Source of the DNA: Eledone cirrhosa
Taxonomy: Eukaryota
Assembly: GCA_964016885.1 (NCBI GenBank)
Contig: OZ024743.1
Span: 183,148,001 to 183,212,000 of the forward strand
Direction of reading: 5' to 3'
Length of the DNA stretch: 64,000 nucleotides
How positions within the stretch are numbered: position 1 is the stretch's first letter; every line of letters begins with the position of its first letter. The translations under genes were made by a program, and so were the position numbers. A model generated the notes under the pieces. That model was not told the origin of the DNA. It ran no database searches and saw only the letters and a list, made by a program, of their open reading frames with translations. This document shows positions 47,744 to 63,320 of this stretch, piece by piece.

Positions 47744-47960
47744 GGTAAGTGGATTGGCAGTATCGGTAGAGGGTTGGACACCATGCTTTGCAGCATAGAG
47801 TTATGGCCCTTTATAATCTGAGTTCAAATCCCGCCGAGGTTAACTTTGTCATTCTTCCTTACGGGGTCGATAAAATAAAGTACCAGTCACGCATTGGGAT
47901 CGATTTAATCGACTTTCCACTCCCCAAATTGCTGGCCTTGTGCCTATACTAGAAATCATT
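47744..47960 (+). mobile_element. tRNA-derived SINE, long variant (right arm)
   Basis: A and B boxes present; extra segment gatcgatttaatcgactttccactcccca before aattgctggcc. Confidence 0.9.
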
Positions 47961-47978
47961 ATATTGTCATATTATAAT

Positions 47979-48161
47979 AATTGTTTCTACTTTTTGGCAC
48001 AAGGCCACCAATTACCCAGTACATTACTGGTACTTTATTTTATCGACCTCGTAAGGATGAAAGGCAAAGTTAACCTCGGCGGGATTTGAACTCAGAATGG
48101 CAAGGGCCGTAACTCAATGCGTCAAAGCATAGCGTCCGACCCTCTACTGATGCTGCCAATC
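47979..48161 (-). mobile_element. tRNA-derived SINE, type-B-like
   Basis: cagaatggcaagggccgtaactcaatgcgtc; the head abuts the (CAT)n tail of the next LINE. Confidence 0.88.
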
Positions 48162-49715
48162 ATCATCATCATCATCATCACCGTTTTACGTCCGTTCTTC
48201 CACGCTAGCATGGGTTAGACGGGTTGTCCTGTTGTGTGCAGTGTCTGGTCGGCTGACCATGCCTTGCTCATACAGGAACTGATCTGGCTTGATTTCTACA
48301 GCTGGATGCCCTTCCTAACACCAACCTCATTTACAGTGAGTGCTGGGTGCTTTTTCGTGGCGCCTACACGTCCACTTTACAGTGTGGGCTGGGTGCTTTT
48401 TTGCCGTGGCACCTCCACGACCACCTTGCGGTGGGGGCATATTGTTTATATGCTTCAGCATGAACCCATGGGAGGTCGGGTACTCTGTATTACTGCGTGA
48501 CGCCAGAAGTCACGGTCGTGTGTCATTGTCTTTGAGAGGTGTAGTTGGGTAAGGTCGGCTTTTATCACCTCATCCCAGGTCATCTTGGGTCTCCCCACTC
48601 CGCGGTTTCCATCAACTTCTAGTGCTCTGCACCTTTTTATGCAGCTGTCATCCTTCATACGCATCACATGTCCATACCAGCGCAACCGCCTCTCCTGCAC
48701 GCAGCATTTGATTCCTCTTATGCTCAGTCTCTCTCTCAATTCCTTTATGCTTTGTCGTTCACGTATATTACTGTTACACATCCATCGGAGCATGCAGGCT
48801 TCGTTTCTCTCTAATCTACGTAAGTCTTCCACCTTCAGCGCCCAGGTCTCACTACCATGCAACATCGCTGTTCGGATACACGCATCATACAGTCTGCCTT
48901 TCATTCTGAGGGAGAAGCCTTTTGCAGCTAGCAGTGGTAGTAGTTCCCTAAACTTCTTCCATCCCGTTCTTACCATAGTTATTGTACTTTCTGAACACCC
49001 ACCTCCGTTGCTAATTCGGTCATCTAGGTAGCAGAAGCTGTTTACTGTTTCTACAGGGCCCTCCCAGAGATTGGTGGTACTTGTTTCCTGTGGCTGTTTG
49101 CTGCTTGCTGTTTCAGCACAGCTGCTGCATGTGAATCCTACATTCTTAATTAAGCTTCCTGAGATCCCGCTACATCTCTTGTGTACCCATTGTTTGCATT
49201 TGGGGCAGAGAATGGAGTTCCTACCTACACCTTTCCTACATACTGAGCAAGGCCATTTCCCTGAGGGGATCTGGGTTTTGTTTTCTCGTCTACTTACAAG
49301 GACCTTAGTCTTTGTCATGTTGACTGTGAGACCCTTTCTTTCTAGTCCCTGCTTCCAGGTTTGGAATTTATTCTCTAGTTCTACCATAGATTCAGCTATG
49401 AGTGCGAGGTCATCAGCATACAGGAGTTCCCATGGGCATCCGGTCTTAAACTCCTCCGTTATTGCCTGCAGGACTATGATGAACAGTAGAGGGCTAAGAA
49501 CAGAGCCCTGGTGGACCCCAACCTGTACGCTAAATTCCTCGCTATACTCATTGCTAATCCTAACTTTGCTGACTGCTCCCCTATACATGGCTTGTACCGC
49601 TTTCACAAGCCATTCATCTACTCCTAGTTTTCTAAGAGCCCACCAGATTACTGCACGTGGAACTCTGTCAAAGGCTTTCTCAAGGTCGACAAATGCCAAG
49701 TAGAGTGGCTTACTT
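48159..49715 (-). mobile_element. 5'-truncated RTE LINE, second subfamily, with an uninterrupted ~420-codon ORF2 remainder
   Basis: ORF 48455-~49715: FVDLEKAFD, GVHQGSVLSP, LYADD, C4HC3 finger, RRLRWYGHV. Different 3' UTR with the same terminal motif and (GAT)n tail. Confidence 0.93.
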
Positions 49716-49721
49716 AATATA

Positions 49722-50290
49722 CACAAGTCAACACACTTTTTGCTGACTTAGGTTCTGTTGTTTTTAGCTAATTTGGAGGTGCTGATTTCAAATATGGCAT
49801 TCATTTTTTCCTAACACATCAGCTTTTATTCTATAGCACATCCCTATTCTATTATGCACTGTATGAATAATATAATTTACTTAGGATCGATTACTAAGTC
49901 TTATAGCTTGAAACCATAAGTTATAATGTCAATAGAATCTGATATGAGAGATGAAATATAAGATAACATCCCCTTTTATTAAATATATCTTGTTAATTCT
50001 CAAATAAAATGGATAAAGCACAAACAATCGTACACTAACTGACATATTCATGGAACAAATTTTATCTTACGAGAGCACTTGGAGTGTTTCATGCCAACAG
50101 TCTCTTTGAATACTCCAACAGTAATCTGCCATCATGTGTGTGTTCCATCTACTTGTATATCTCTCTTCCATAATCTTGATATCTTGATGGAAGCGCTGGC
50201 CATTCTCATCGCTCACGTCTCCAAGATTAGCAGGAAATTCATCAAGATGACTCTTGAGGAAATTAATCTTTATACTCATATTGCAGCCTG
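49722..50290 (-). mobile_element. DNA transposon 3' remnant with a transposase C-terminal fragment (Chapaev3/Transib-like)
   Basis: GCNMSIKINFLKSHLDEFPANLGDVSDENGQRFHQDI...MMADYCW resembles a conserved DDE transposase C-terminus as I recall it; CAC-starting candidate terminus at 49722. Confidence 0.65.
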
Positions 50291-50931
50291 AAAGATAACT
50301 AACTTGTGGGAGACACAGTAGAGGAAGACCTGCTTGAACCTTCATTGGTCAACTCTCAGATGATACAAACCTCAGTAGGGAACAGATGTCAGGAGAAATG
50401 GAAAATTGTGGATTGTGGAGAGACTTTAACAATGTTTGATTGTGGTTACAATGATGCTGTTCAATTATTAATCTTCTTTGGTTATTTGTGAGACAAAACA
50501 AAATTTGAATCAGAAATTTAAAGGAACTTGAACGAAAAGAGCTTATGTTTTTGGTAACCTTCAGACCCATTTGAAGCTGTGGTGTTAAACTCTTCATTAC
50601 CATATTTCTAATGAAATACATAGTATTTGAATTAATTAATGAAGTTGGAGGGATTTACTAAAATTATAAATCAATTTATTATTAAATTAGTATTTGTAAT
50701 ATAACTTAACAAAAGGTTGTGATATTAAATTATGTTAATTTAAAATTTGAAGGATTTACTTATCCATTATTATTTTTATTTCAGTAATTTAAAATATGAA
50801 TTTATATGTTAATGGGATTATGATGGAAGATTTTAATATAAATTGGAACCCTTTAAAATGTGTAATTTTATTTTGTTGAATCAAAGGCAGGTTTTGAATG
50901 GGTTGATATCAAAAGTGTGAAAGTGTAACTG

Positions 50932-53900
50932 AACACAGTCTTACCTGTGTAGTGTTGTTTATAACATTGCTTACCTCTGTCACATGTGCAACACAGTCCT
51001 ACCTCTGTCACACTTATAACACAGTCCTACCTCTGTCACACTTACAACACAGTCCTACCTGTGTAGTGTTGGTTATAACATTTCTTACCTCTGTCACACG
51101 TGCAACACACTCCTACCTCTATCACACGTGCAACACAGTCCTACCTCTGTCACACTTACAGCACAGTTCTACCTCTGTCACACTTACAACACAGTCCTAC
51201 CTGTGTAGTGTTGTTTATAACATTGCTTGCCTCTGTCACACTTGCAACACAGTGCTACCTCTCACACTTGCAACACAGTGCTACCTCTCACACTTGCAAC
51301 ACAGTCCTACCTCTCACACTTGCAACACAGTGCTACCTCTCACACTTGCAACACAGTGCTACCTCTCACACTTGCAACACAGTGCTACCTCTCACACTTG
51401 CAACACAGTGCTACTTCTCACACTTGCAACACAGTGCTACCTCTCACACTTGCAACACAGTCCTACCTCTCACACTTGCAACACAGTGCTACCTCTCACA
51501 CTTGCAACACAGTGCTACCTCTCACACTTGCAACACAGTGCTACCTCTCACACTTGCAACACAGTGCTACCTCTCACACTTGCAACACAGTGCTACCTCT
51601 CACACTTGCAACACAGTGCTACCTCTCACACTTGCAACACAGTGCTACCTCTCACACTTGCAACACAGTGCTACCTCTCACACTTGCAACACAGTGCTAC
51701 CTCTCACACTTGCAACACAGTGCTACCTCTCACACTTGCAACACAGTGCTACCTCTCACACTTGCAACACAGTGCTACCTCTCACACTTGCAACACAGTG
51801 CTACCTCTCACACTTGCAACACAGTGCTACCTCTCACACTTGCAACACAGTGCTACCTCTCACACTTGCAACACAGTGCTACCTCTCACACTTGCAACAC
51901 AGTGCTTCCTCTCACACTTGCAACACAGTGCTACCTCTCACACTTGCAACACAGTGCTACCTCTCACACTTGCAACACAGTCCTACCTCTCACACTTGCA
52001 ACACAGTCCTACCTCTCACACTTGCAACACAGTGCTACCTCTCACACTTGCAACACAGTGCTACCTCTCACACTTGCAACACAGTCCTACCTCTCACACT
52101 TGCAACACAGTGCTACCTCTCACACTTGCAACACAGTCCTACCTCTCACACTTGCAACACAGTGCTACCTCTCACACTTGCAACACAGTGCTACCTCTCA
52201 CACTTGCAACACAGTGCTACCTCTCACACTTGCAACACAGTGCTACCTCTCACACTTGCAACACAGTGCTACCTCTCACACTTGCAACACAGTGCTACCT
52301 CTCACACTTGCAACACAGTGCTACCTCTCACACATGCAACACAGTCCTACCTCTCACACTTGCAACACAGTGCTTCCTCTCACACTTGCAACACAGTGCT
52401 TCCTCTCACACTTGCAACACAGTGCTACCTCTCACACTTGCAACACAGTGCTACCTCTCACACTTGCAACACAGTGCTTCCTCTCACACTTGCAACACAG
52501 TGCTACCTCTCACACTTGCAACACAGTGCTACCTCTCACACTTGCAACACAGTGCTACCTCTCACACTTGCAACACAGTGCTTCCTCTCACACTTGCAAC
52601 ACAGTGCTACCTCTCACACTTGCAACACAGTGCTACCTCTCACACTTGCAACACAGTGCTACCTCTCACACTTGCAACACAGTGCTTCCTCTCACACTTG
52701 CAACACAGTGCTACTTCTGTCACTTGCAACACAGTGCTACCTCTCACACTTGCAACACAGTGCTACCTCTCACACATGCAACACAGTCCTACCTCTCACA
52801 CTTGCAACACAGTCCTACCTCTCACACTTGCAACACAGTGCTACCTCTCACACATGCAACACAGTCCTACCTCTCACACTTGCAACACAGTCCTACCTCT
52901 CACACTTGCAACACAGTGCTACCTCTCACACTTGCAACACAGTCCTACCTCTCACACTTGCAACACAGTGCTACCTCTCACACTTGCAACACAGTGCTAC
53001 CTCTCACACTTGCAACACAGTGCTACCTCTCACACTTGCAACACAGTCCTACCTCTCACACTTGCAACACAGTGCTACCTCTCACACTTGCAACACAGTG
53101 CTACCTCTCACACTTGCAACACAGTGCTACCTCTCACACTTGCAACACAGTGCTACCTCTCACACTTGCAACACAGTCCTACCTCTCACACTTGCAACAC
53201 AGTGCTACCTCTCACACTTGCAACACAGTGCTACCTCTCACACTTGCAACACAGTGCTACCTCTCACACTTGCAACACAGTGCTACCTCTCACACTTATA
53301 ACACAGTCCTACCTCTCACACTTGCAACACAGTGCTACCTCTCACACTTGCAACACAGTGCTACCTCTCACACTTGCAACACAGTGCTACCTCTCACACT
53401 TGCAACACAGTGCTACTTCTGTCACACTTGCAACACAGTGCTACCTCTCACACTTGCAACACAGTGCTACCTCTCACACTTGCAACACAGTGCTACCTCT
53501 CACACTTGCAACACAGTGCTACCTCTCACACTTGCAACACAGTGCTACCTCTCACACTTGCAACACAGTGCTACCTCTCACACTTGCAACACAGTGCTAC
53601 CTCTCACACTTGCAACACAGTGCTACCTCTCACACTTGCAACACAGTCCTACCTCTCACACATGCAACACAGTCCTACCTCTCACACTTGCAACACAGTG
53701 CTACCTCTCACACTTGCAACACAGTGCTACCTCTCACACTTGCAACACAGTGCTACCTCTCACACTTGCAACACAGTGCTACCTCTCACACTTGCAACAC
53801 AGTGCTACCTCTCACACTTGCAACACAGTGCTACCTCTCACACTTGCAACACAGTGCTACCTCTCACACTTGCAACACAGTGCTACCTCTCACACTTGCA

Positions 53901-56900
53901 ACACAGTGCTACCTCTCACACTTGCAACACAGTGCTACCTCTCACACTTGCAACACAGTGCTACCTCTCACACTTGCAACACAGTGCTACCTCTCACACT
54001 TATAACACAGTCCTACCTCTCACACTTGCAACACAGTGCTACCTCTCACACTTGCAACACAGTGCTACCTCTCACACTTGCAACACAGTGCTACCTCTCA
54101 CACTTGCAACACAGTGCTACCTCTCACACTTATAACACAGTCCTACCTCTCACACTTGCAACACAGTGCTACCTCTCACACTTGCAACACAGTGCTACCT
54201 CTCACACTTGCAACACAGTGCTACCTCTCACACTTGCAACACAGTGCTACCTCTCACACATGCAACACAGTCCTACCTCTCACACTTGCAACACAGTCCT
54301 ACCTCTCACACTTGCAACACAGTGCTACCTCTCACACTTGCAACACAGTGCTACCTCTCACACTTGCAACACAGTGCTACCTCTCACACTTGCAACACAG
54401 TGCTACCTCTCACACTTGCAACATAGTGCTACCTCTCACACTTGCAACACAGTGCTACCTCTCACACTTGCAACACAGTGCTACCTCTCACACTTGCAAC
54501 ACAGTGCTACCTCTCACACTTGCAACACAGTGCTACCTCTCACACTTGCAACACAGTGCTACCTCTCACACTTGCAACACAGTGCTACCTCTCACACTTG
54601 CAACACAGTGCTACCTCTCACACTTGCAACACAGTGCTACCTCTCACACTTGCAACACAGTGCTACCTCTCACACTTGCAACACAGTGCTACCTCTCACA
54701 CTTGCAACACAGTGCTACCTCTCACACTTGCAACACAGTGCTACCTCTCACACTTGCAACACAGTGCTACCTCTCACACTTGCAACACAGTGCTACCTCT
54801 CACACTTGCAACACAGTGCTACCTCTCACACTTGCAACACAGTGCTACCTCTCACACTTGCAACACAGTGCTACCTCTCACACTTGCAACACAGTGCTAC
54901 CTCTCACACTTGCAACACAGTGCTACCTCTCACACTTGCAACACAGTGCTACTTCTGTCACACTTGCAACACAGTGCTACCTTCTGTCACACTTGCAACA
55001 CAGTGCTACCTCTCACACTTGCAACACAGTGCTACCTCTCACACTTGCAACACAGTGCTACCTCTCACACTTGCAACACAGTGCTACCTCTCACACTTGC
55101 AACACAGTGCCTACCTCTCACACTTGCAACACAGTGCTACCTCTCACACTTGCAACACAGTGCTACCTCTCACACTTGCAACACAGTGCTACCTCTCACA
55201 CTTGCAACACAGTGCTACCTCTCACACTTATAACACAGTCCTACCTCTCACACTTGCAACACAGTGCTACCTCTCACACTTGCAACACAGTGCTACCTCT
55301 CACACTTGCAACACAGTGCTACCTCTCACACTTGCAACACAGTGCTACCTCTCACACTTGCAACACAGTCCTACCTCTCACACTTGCAACACAGTGCTAC
55401 CTCTCACACTTGCAACACAGTGCTACCTCTCACACTTGCAACACAGTGCTACCTCTCACACTTGCAACACAGTGCTACCTCTCACACTTGCAACACAGTG
55501 CTACCTCTCACACTTGCAACACAGTGCTACCTCTCACACATGCAACACAGTGCCTACCTCTCACACTTGCAACACAGTCTACCTCTCACACTTGCAACAC
55601 AGTGCTACCTCTCACACTTGCAACACAGTGCTACCTCTCACACTTGCAACACAGTGCTACCTCTCACACTTGCAACACAGTGCTACCTCTCACACTTGCA
55701 ACACAGTGCTACCTCTCACACTTGCAACACAGTGCTACCTCTCACACTTGCAACACAGTGCTACCTCTCACACTTGCAACACAGTGCTACCTCTCACAAC
55801 TTGCAACACAGTGCTACCTCTCACACTTGCAACACAGTGCTACCTCTCACACTTGCAACACAGTGCTACCTCTCACACTTGCAACACAGTGCTACCTCTC
55901 ACACTTGCAACACAGTGCTACCTCTCACACTTGCAACACAGTGCTACCTCTCACACTTGCAACACAGTGCTACCTCTCACACTTGCAACACAGTGCTACC
56001 TCTCACACTTGCAACACAGTGCTACCTCTCACACTTGCAACACAGTGCTACCTCTCACACTTGCAACACAGTGCTACCTCTCACACTTGCAACACAGTGC
56101 TACCTCTCACACTTGCAACACAGTGCTACCTCTCACACTTGCAACACAGTGCTACTCTGTCACACTTGCAACACAGTGCTACCTCTCACACTTGCAACAC
56201 AGTGCTACCTCTCACACTTGCAACACAGTGCTACCTCTCACACTTGCAACACAGTGCTACCTCTCACACATGCAACACAGTCCTACCTCTCACACTTGCA
56301 ACACAGTGCTACTCTCACACTTGCAACACAGTGCTACCTCTCACACTTGCAACACAGTGCTACCTCTCACACTTGCAACACAGTGCTACCTCTCACACTT
56401 GCAACACAGTGCTTCCTCTCACACTTGCAACACAGTGCTACCTCTCACACTTGCAACACAGTGCTTCCTCTCACACTTGCAACACAGTGCTTCCTCTCAC
56501 ACTTGCAACACAGTGCTACCTCTCACACTTGCAACACAGTGCTACCTCTCACACTTGCAACACAGTGCTACCTCTCACACTTGCAACACAGTGCTACCTC
56601 TCACACTTGCAACACAGTGCTACCTCTCACACTTGCAACACAGTGCTACCTCTCACACTTGCAACACAGTGCTACCTCTCACACTTGCAACACAGTGCTA
56701 CCTCTCACACTTGCAACACAGTGCTTACCTCTCACACTTGCAACACAGTGCTTCCTCTCACACTTGCAACACAGTGCTTCCTCTCACACTTGCAACACAG
56801 TGCTACCTCTCACACTTGCAACACAGTGCTACCTCTCACACTTATAACACAGTCCTACCTCTCACACTTGCAACACAGTGCTACCTCTCACACTTGCAAC

Positions 56901-58230
56901 ACAGTGCTACCTCTCACACTTGCAACACAGTGCTACCTCTCACACTTGCAACACAGTGCTACCTCTCACACTTGCAACACAGTGCTACCTCTCACACTTG
57001 CAACACAGTCCTACCTCTCACACTTGCAACACAGTGCTACCTCTCACACTTGCAACACAGTGCTACCTCTCACACTTGCAACACAGTCCTACCTCTCACA
57101 CATGCAACACAGTCCTACCTCTCACACTTGCAACACAGTGCTTCCTCTCACACTTGCAACACAGTGCTTCCTCTCACACTTGCAACACAGTGCTACCTCT
57201 CACACTTGCAACACAGTGCTACCTCTCACACTTGCAACACAGTGCTACCTCTCACACTTGCAACACAGTGCTACCTCTCACACTTGCAACACAGTGCTAC
57301 CTCTCACACTTGCAACACAGTGCTATCTCTCACACTTGCAACACAGTGCTACTTCTGTCACACTTGCAACACAGTGCTACCTCTCACACATGCAACACAG
57401 TCCTACCTCTCACACTTGCAACACAGTGCTACCTCTCACACTTGCAACACAGTGCTACCTCTCACACTTGCAACACAGTGCTACCTCTCACACTTGCAAC
57501 ACAGTGCTACCTCTCACACTTGCAACACAGTGCTACCTCTCACACTTGCAACACAGTCCTACCTCTCACACTTGCAACACAGTCCTACCTCTCACACTTG
57601 CAACACAGTGCGACCTCTCACACTTGCAACACAGTGCTACCTCTCACACTTGCAACACAGTGCTTCCTCTCACACTTGCAACACAGTGCTTCCTCTCACA
57701 CTTGCAACACAGTGCTACCTCTCACACTTGCAACACAGTGCTACTTCTCACACTTGCAACACAGTGCTACCTCTCACACTTGCAACACAGTGCTACCTCT
57801 CACACTTGCAACACAGTGCTACCTCTCACACTTGCAACACAGTGCTACCTCTCACACTTGCAACACAGTGCTACCTCTCACACTTGCAACACAGTGCTAC
57901 CTCTCACACTTGCAACACAGTGCTACCTCTCACACTTGCAACACAGTGCTACCTCTCACACTTGCAACACAGTGCTACCTCTCACACTTGCAACACAGTG
58001 CTACCTCTCACACTTGCAACACAGTGCTAACCTCTCACACTTGCAACACAGTCCTACCTCTCACACTTGCAACACAGTGCTACCTCTCACACTTGCAACA
58101 CAGTCCTACTTCTGTCACACTTGCAACACAGTCCTACTTCTGTCACACTTGCAACACAGTCCTACTTCTGTCACACTTATAACACAGTCCTACTTGTGTA
58201 GTGTTGTTCATAACATTGCTTGCCTCTGTT
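50932..58230. repeat. 26-bp tandem satellite CTCACACTTGCAACACAGTGCTACCT with 28/30-bp variants at both edges
   Basis: Direct 26-nt periodicity from 51241 to ~58100; the 26-aa ORF repeat equals 3 monomers. Confidence 0.98.
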
Positions 58231-58256
58231 TACCACACAATAGATTTCAATTATTT

Positions 58257-58365
58257 AACCCATGCTAGCGTGGACAAATGGACATTAAATGGTGATGATG
58301 ATGATTAAGTGGTCATCATCATCACCATTTAATGTCAATTTTTCCACACCAGCATGGGTTAGACG
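58257..58365. mobile_element. Tail-to-tail pair of RTE-type 3' ends forming an inverted repeat
   Basis: aacccatgctagcgtgga...(GAT)n, 8-nt spacer, then (CAT)n...tccacaccagcatgggtt. Confidence 0.75.
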
Positions 58366-58618
58366 AGAAAATAAAATAAAATGTATGCCAAATAACTTTC
58401 TATTCTGTCTGGTGGGTCCATATGCTTGGTATTCTGTCTGGTAGGTCCATGAAGTGGTATATGTTTGGTGAGTCGAAGTGGTATATGCTTGATTTGTGCT
58501 ATTACTGATGATCACATACATGTATACACAACACATAATGCCGCCACAATAACATATATATATATATATATATATACATACAATGTAAATGACAATCAAA
58601 GTGTGTCTAAAACATTTA

Positions 58619-58670
58619 ATCACTGACGATCGTTTCATCCTAGAACAAGGTCAGAATCATCAGAGTAGAT
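58619..58670 (-). ncRNA. Hammerhead-ribozyme-like motif (left arm copy)
   Basis: Reverse complement of the 58780-58831 motif. Confidence 0.5.
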
Positions 58671-58779
58671 AACAAAGGTCAAACACAAATATAATATCAA
58701 AACTTTGTCACAAGAACATTAGGTATCCACCTAATGTTCTTGTATAATTTTGATATTATATTTGTGTTTGACCTTTGTT

Positions 58780-58831
58780 ATCTACTCTGATGATTCTGAC
58801 CTTGTGCTAGGATGAAACGATCGTCAGTGAT
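58780..58831 (+). ncRNA. Hammerhead-ribozyme-like motif (minimal type I, degenerate stem II)
   Basis: ATCTACT-CTGATGA-20 nt-GAAA-CGATCG-TC-AGTGAT; palindromic stem III ACGATCGT and GUC triplet. Confidence 0.55.
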
Positions 58832-58869
58832 TAAATGTTTTAGACACACTTTGATTGTCATTTACATTG

Positions 58870-61289
<2,420 letters not shown>

Positions 61290-61489
61290 NNNNNNNNNNN
61301 NNNNNNNNNNNNNNNNNNNNNNNNNNNNNNNNNNNNNNNNNNNNNNNNNNNNNNNNNNNNNNNNNNNNNNNNNNNNNNNNNNNNNNNNNNNNNNNNNNNN
61401 NNNNNNNNNNNNNNNNNNNNNNNNNNNNNNNNNNNNNNNNNNNNNNNNNNNNNNNNNNNNNNNNNNNNNNNNNNNNNNNNNNNNNNNNN
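61290..61489. other. Assembly gap (200 N)
   Basis: Run of N. Confidence 0.99.
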
Positions 61490-61533
61490 GATATGTGCTT
61501 TTACGATTCTCTAGAGAGGCCGGAAGATAGGTA

Positions 61534-61578
61534 AATATTGCTGATGAGTTGTAACAACAACGAAACTAGTTCAATATT
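61534..61578 (+). ncRNA. Minimal type I hammerhead ribozyme
   Basis: Stem I AATATTG/CAATATT (7 bp), core CTGATGA, stem II GTTGT-AACA-ACAAC, GAAA, palindromic stem III ACTAGT, cleavage triplet GUU. Confidence 0.8.
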
Positions 61579-61800
61579 CCTTGTCTGGCTTTCTGGAGAA
61601 TAGAGGAAAGGTGTTTCCTCAAAAACCAGTATGACTCTAAAAACCGGTTTGTCTGTGTGTTTACATACAGAATAGCTGGCCACTCACAGTATAGTGATCA
61701 GTGAAAAAAAACTTGGTACATCTACATATGTATACGTGTGTGTATTCATATACATACTAGTATTTCAGTATACATATATGGATGTACATCTTTGACTTAA

Positions 61801-61972
61801 TTATATATACATACATATATACATACATATATATATACATACATATATATATACATACATATATATATATACATACATATATATATACATATATATATAT
61901 ACATACATATATATATATATACATACATATATATATACATACATATATATATACACATACATACATACATAT

Positions 61973-62005
<33 letters not shown>

Positions 62006-62058
62006 TATATACATACATATATATATATATACATACATATATATATACATACATACAT

Positions 62059-62124
<66 letters not shown>

Positions 62125-62177
62125 CATATATATATATACATACATATATATATATACATACATATATATATATATAC

Positions 62178-62211
<34 letters not shown>

Positions 62212-62558
62212 ACATACATATATATATATACATACATATATATATATACATACATATATATATATACATACATATATATATATACATACATATATATATA
62301 TACATACATATATATATATACATACATATATATATATACATACATATATATATATATACATACATATATATATATATACATATATATATATACATACATA
62401 CATATATATATACATACATATATATATACATACATATATATATATATACATATATATATATACATACATACATATATACATACATATATATATATATACA
62501 TACATATATATATATATATACATACATATATATATATATACATACATATATATATATA

Positions 62559-62598
<40 letters not shown>

Positions 62599-62738
62599 TC
62601 TAAGGCGGGTAAAATTCCCGAGATCCATGGACGAGTTCTCTCCAGCGGTCTGTCCCTCATTATCGCTGCCATATCCTGCATCTCCAACTGAGGGCATCAA
62701 CATGGACACACTAGAAGAGGAAGACCAAGGTTAACATA

Positions 62739-62772
<34 letters not shown>

Positions 62773-63249
62773 CATATACATACATACATATATATATACA
62801 TATGTACATACATATATATATATATACATATGTACATACATATATATATATATACATATGTACATATATATATATATACACATATGTACATATATATATA
62901 TATACACATATGTACATACATATATATATACACATATGTACATACATATATATATACACATATGTACATATATATATACATACATATGTACATATATATA
63001 TACATACATACATATATATATATATACATACATACATACATATATATATACATACATACATATATATATATATACATACATACATACATATATATATATA
63101 TACATACATATATATATATACATACATATGTACATACATACATATATATATATACATACATATGTACATACATACATATGCACATACATATATATATACA
63201 TACATACATATATATATATACATACATATGTACATACATATATATATAC

Positions 63250-63320
<71 letters not shown>

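Noticed and set aside
3159-48161. tRNA genes at the A/B-box motifs
   Set aside because: No cloverleaf is evident, and the motifs continue into a SINE body and tail.
45867-49703. Antisense ORFs over the LINE ORFs
   Set aside because: Shadow frames of RT coding sequence.
50952-58268. ORFs up to 2267 aa of LPLTLATQCYLSHLQHSATSHTCNTV repeats
   Set aside because: A 26-bp monomer (not a multiple of 3) is open in all three plus frames; frequent 1-bp indels and no codon-level constraint.
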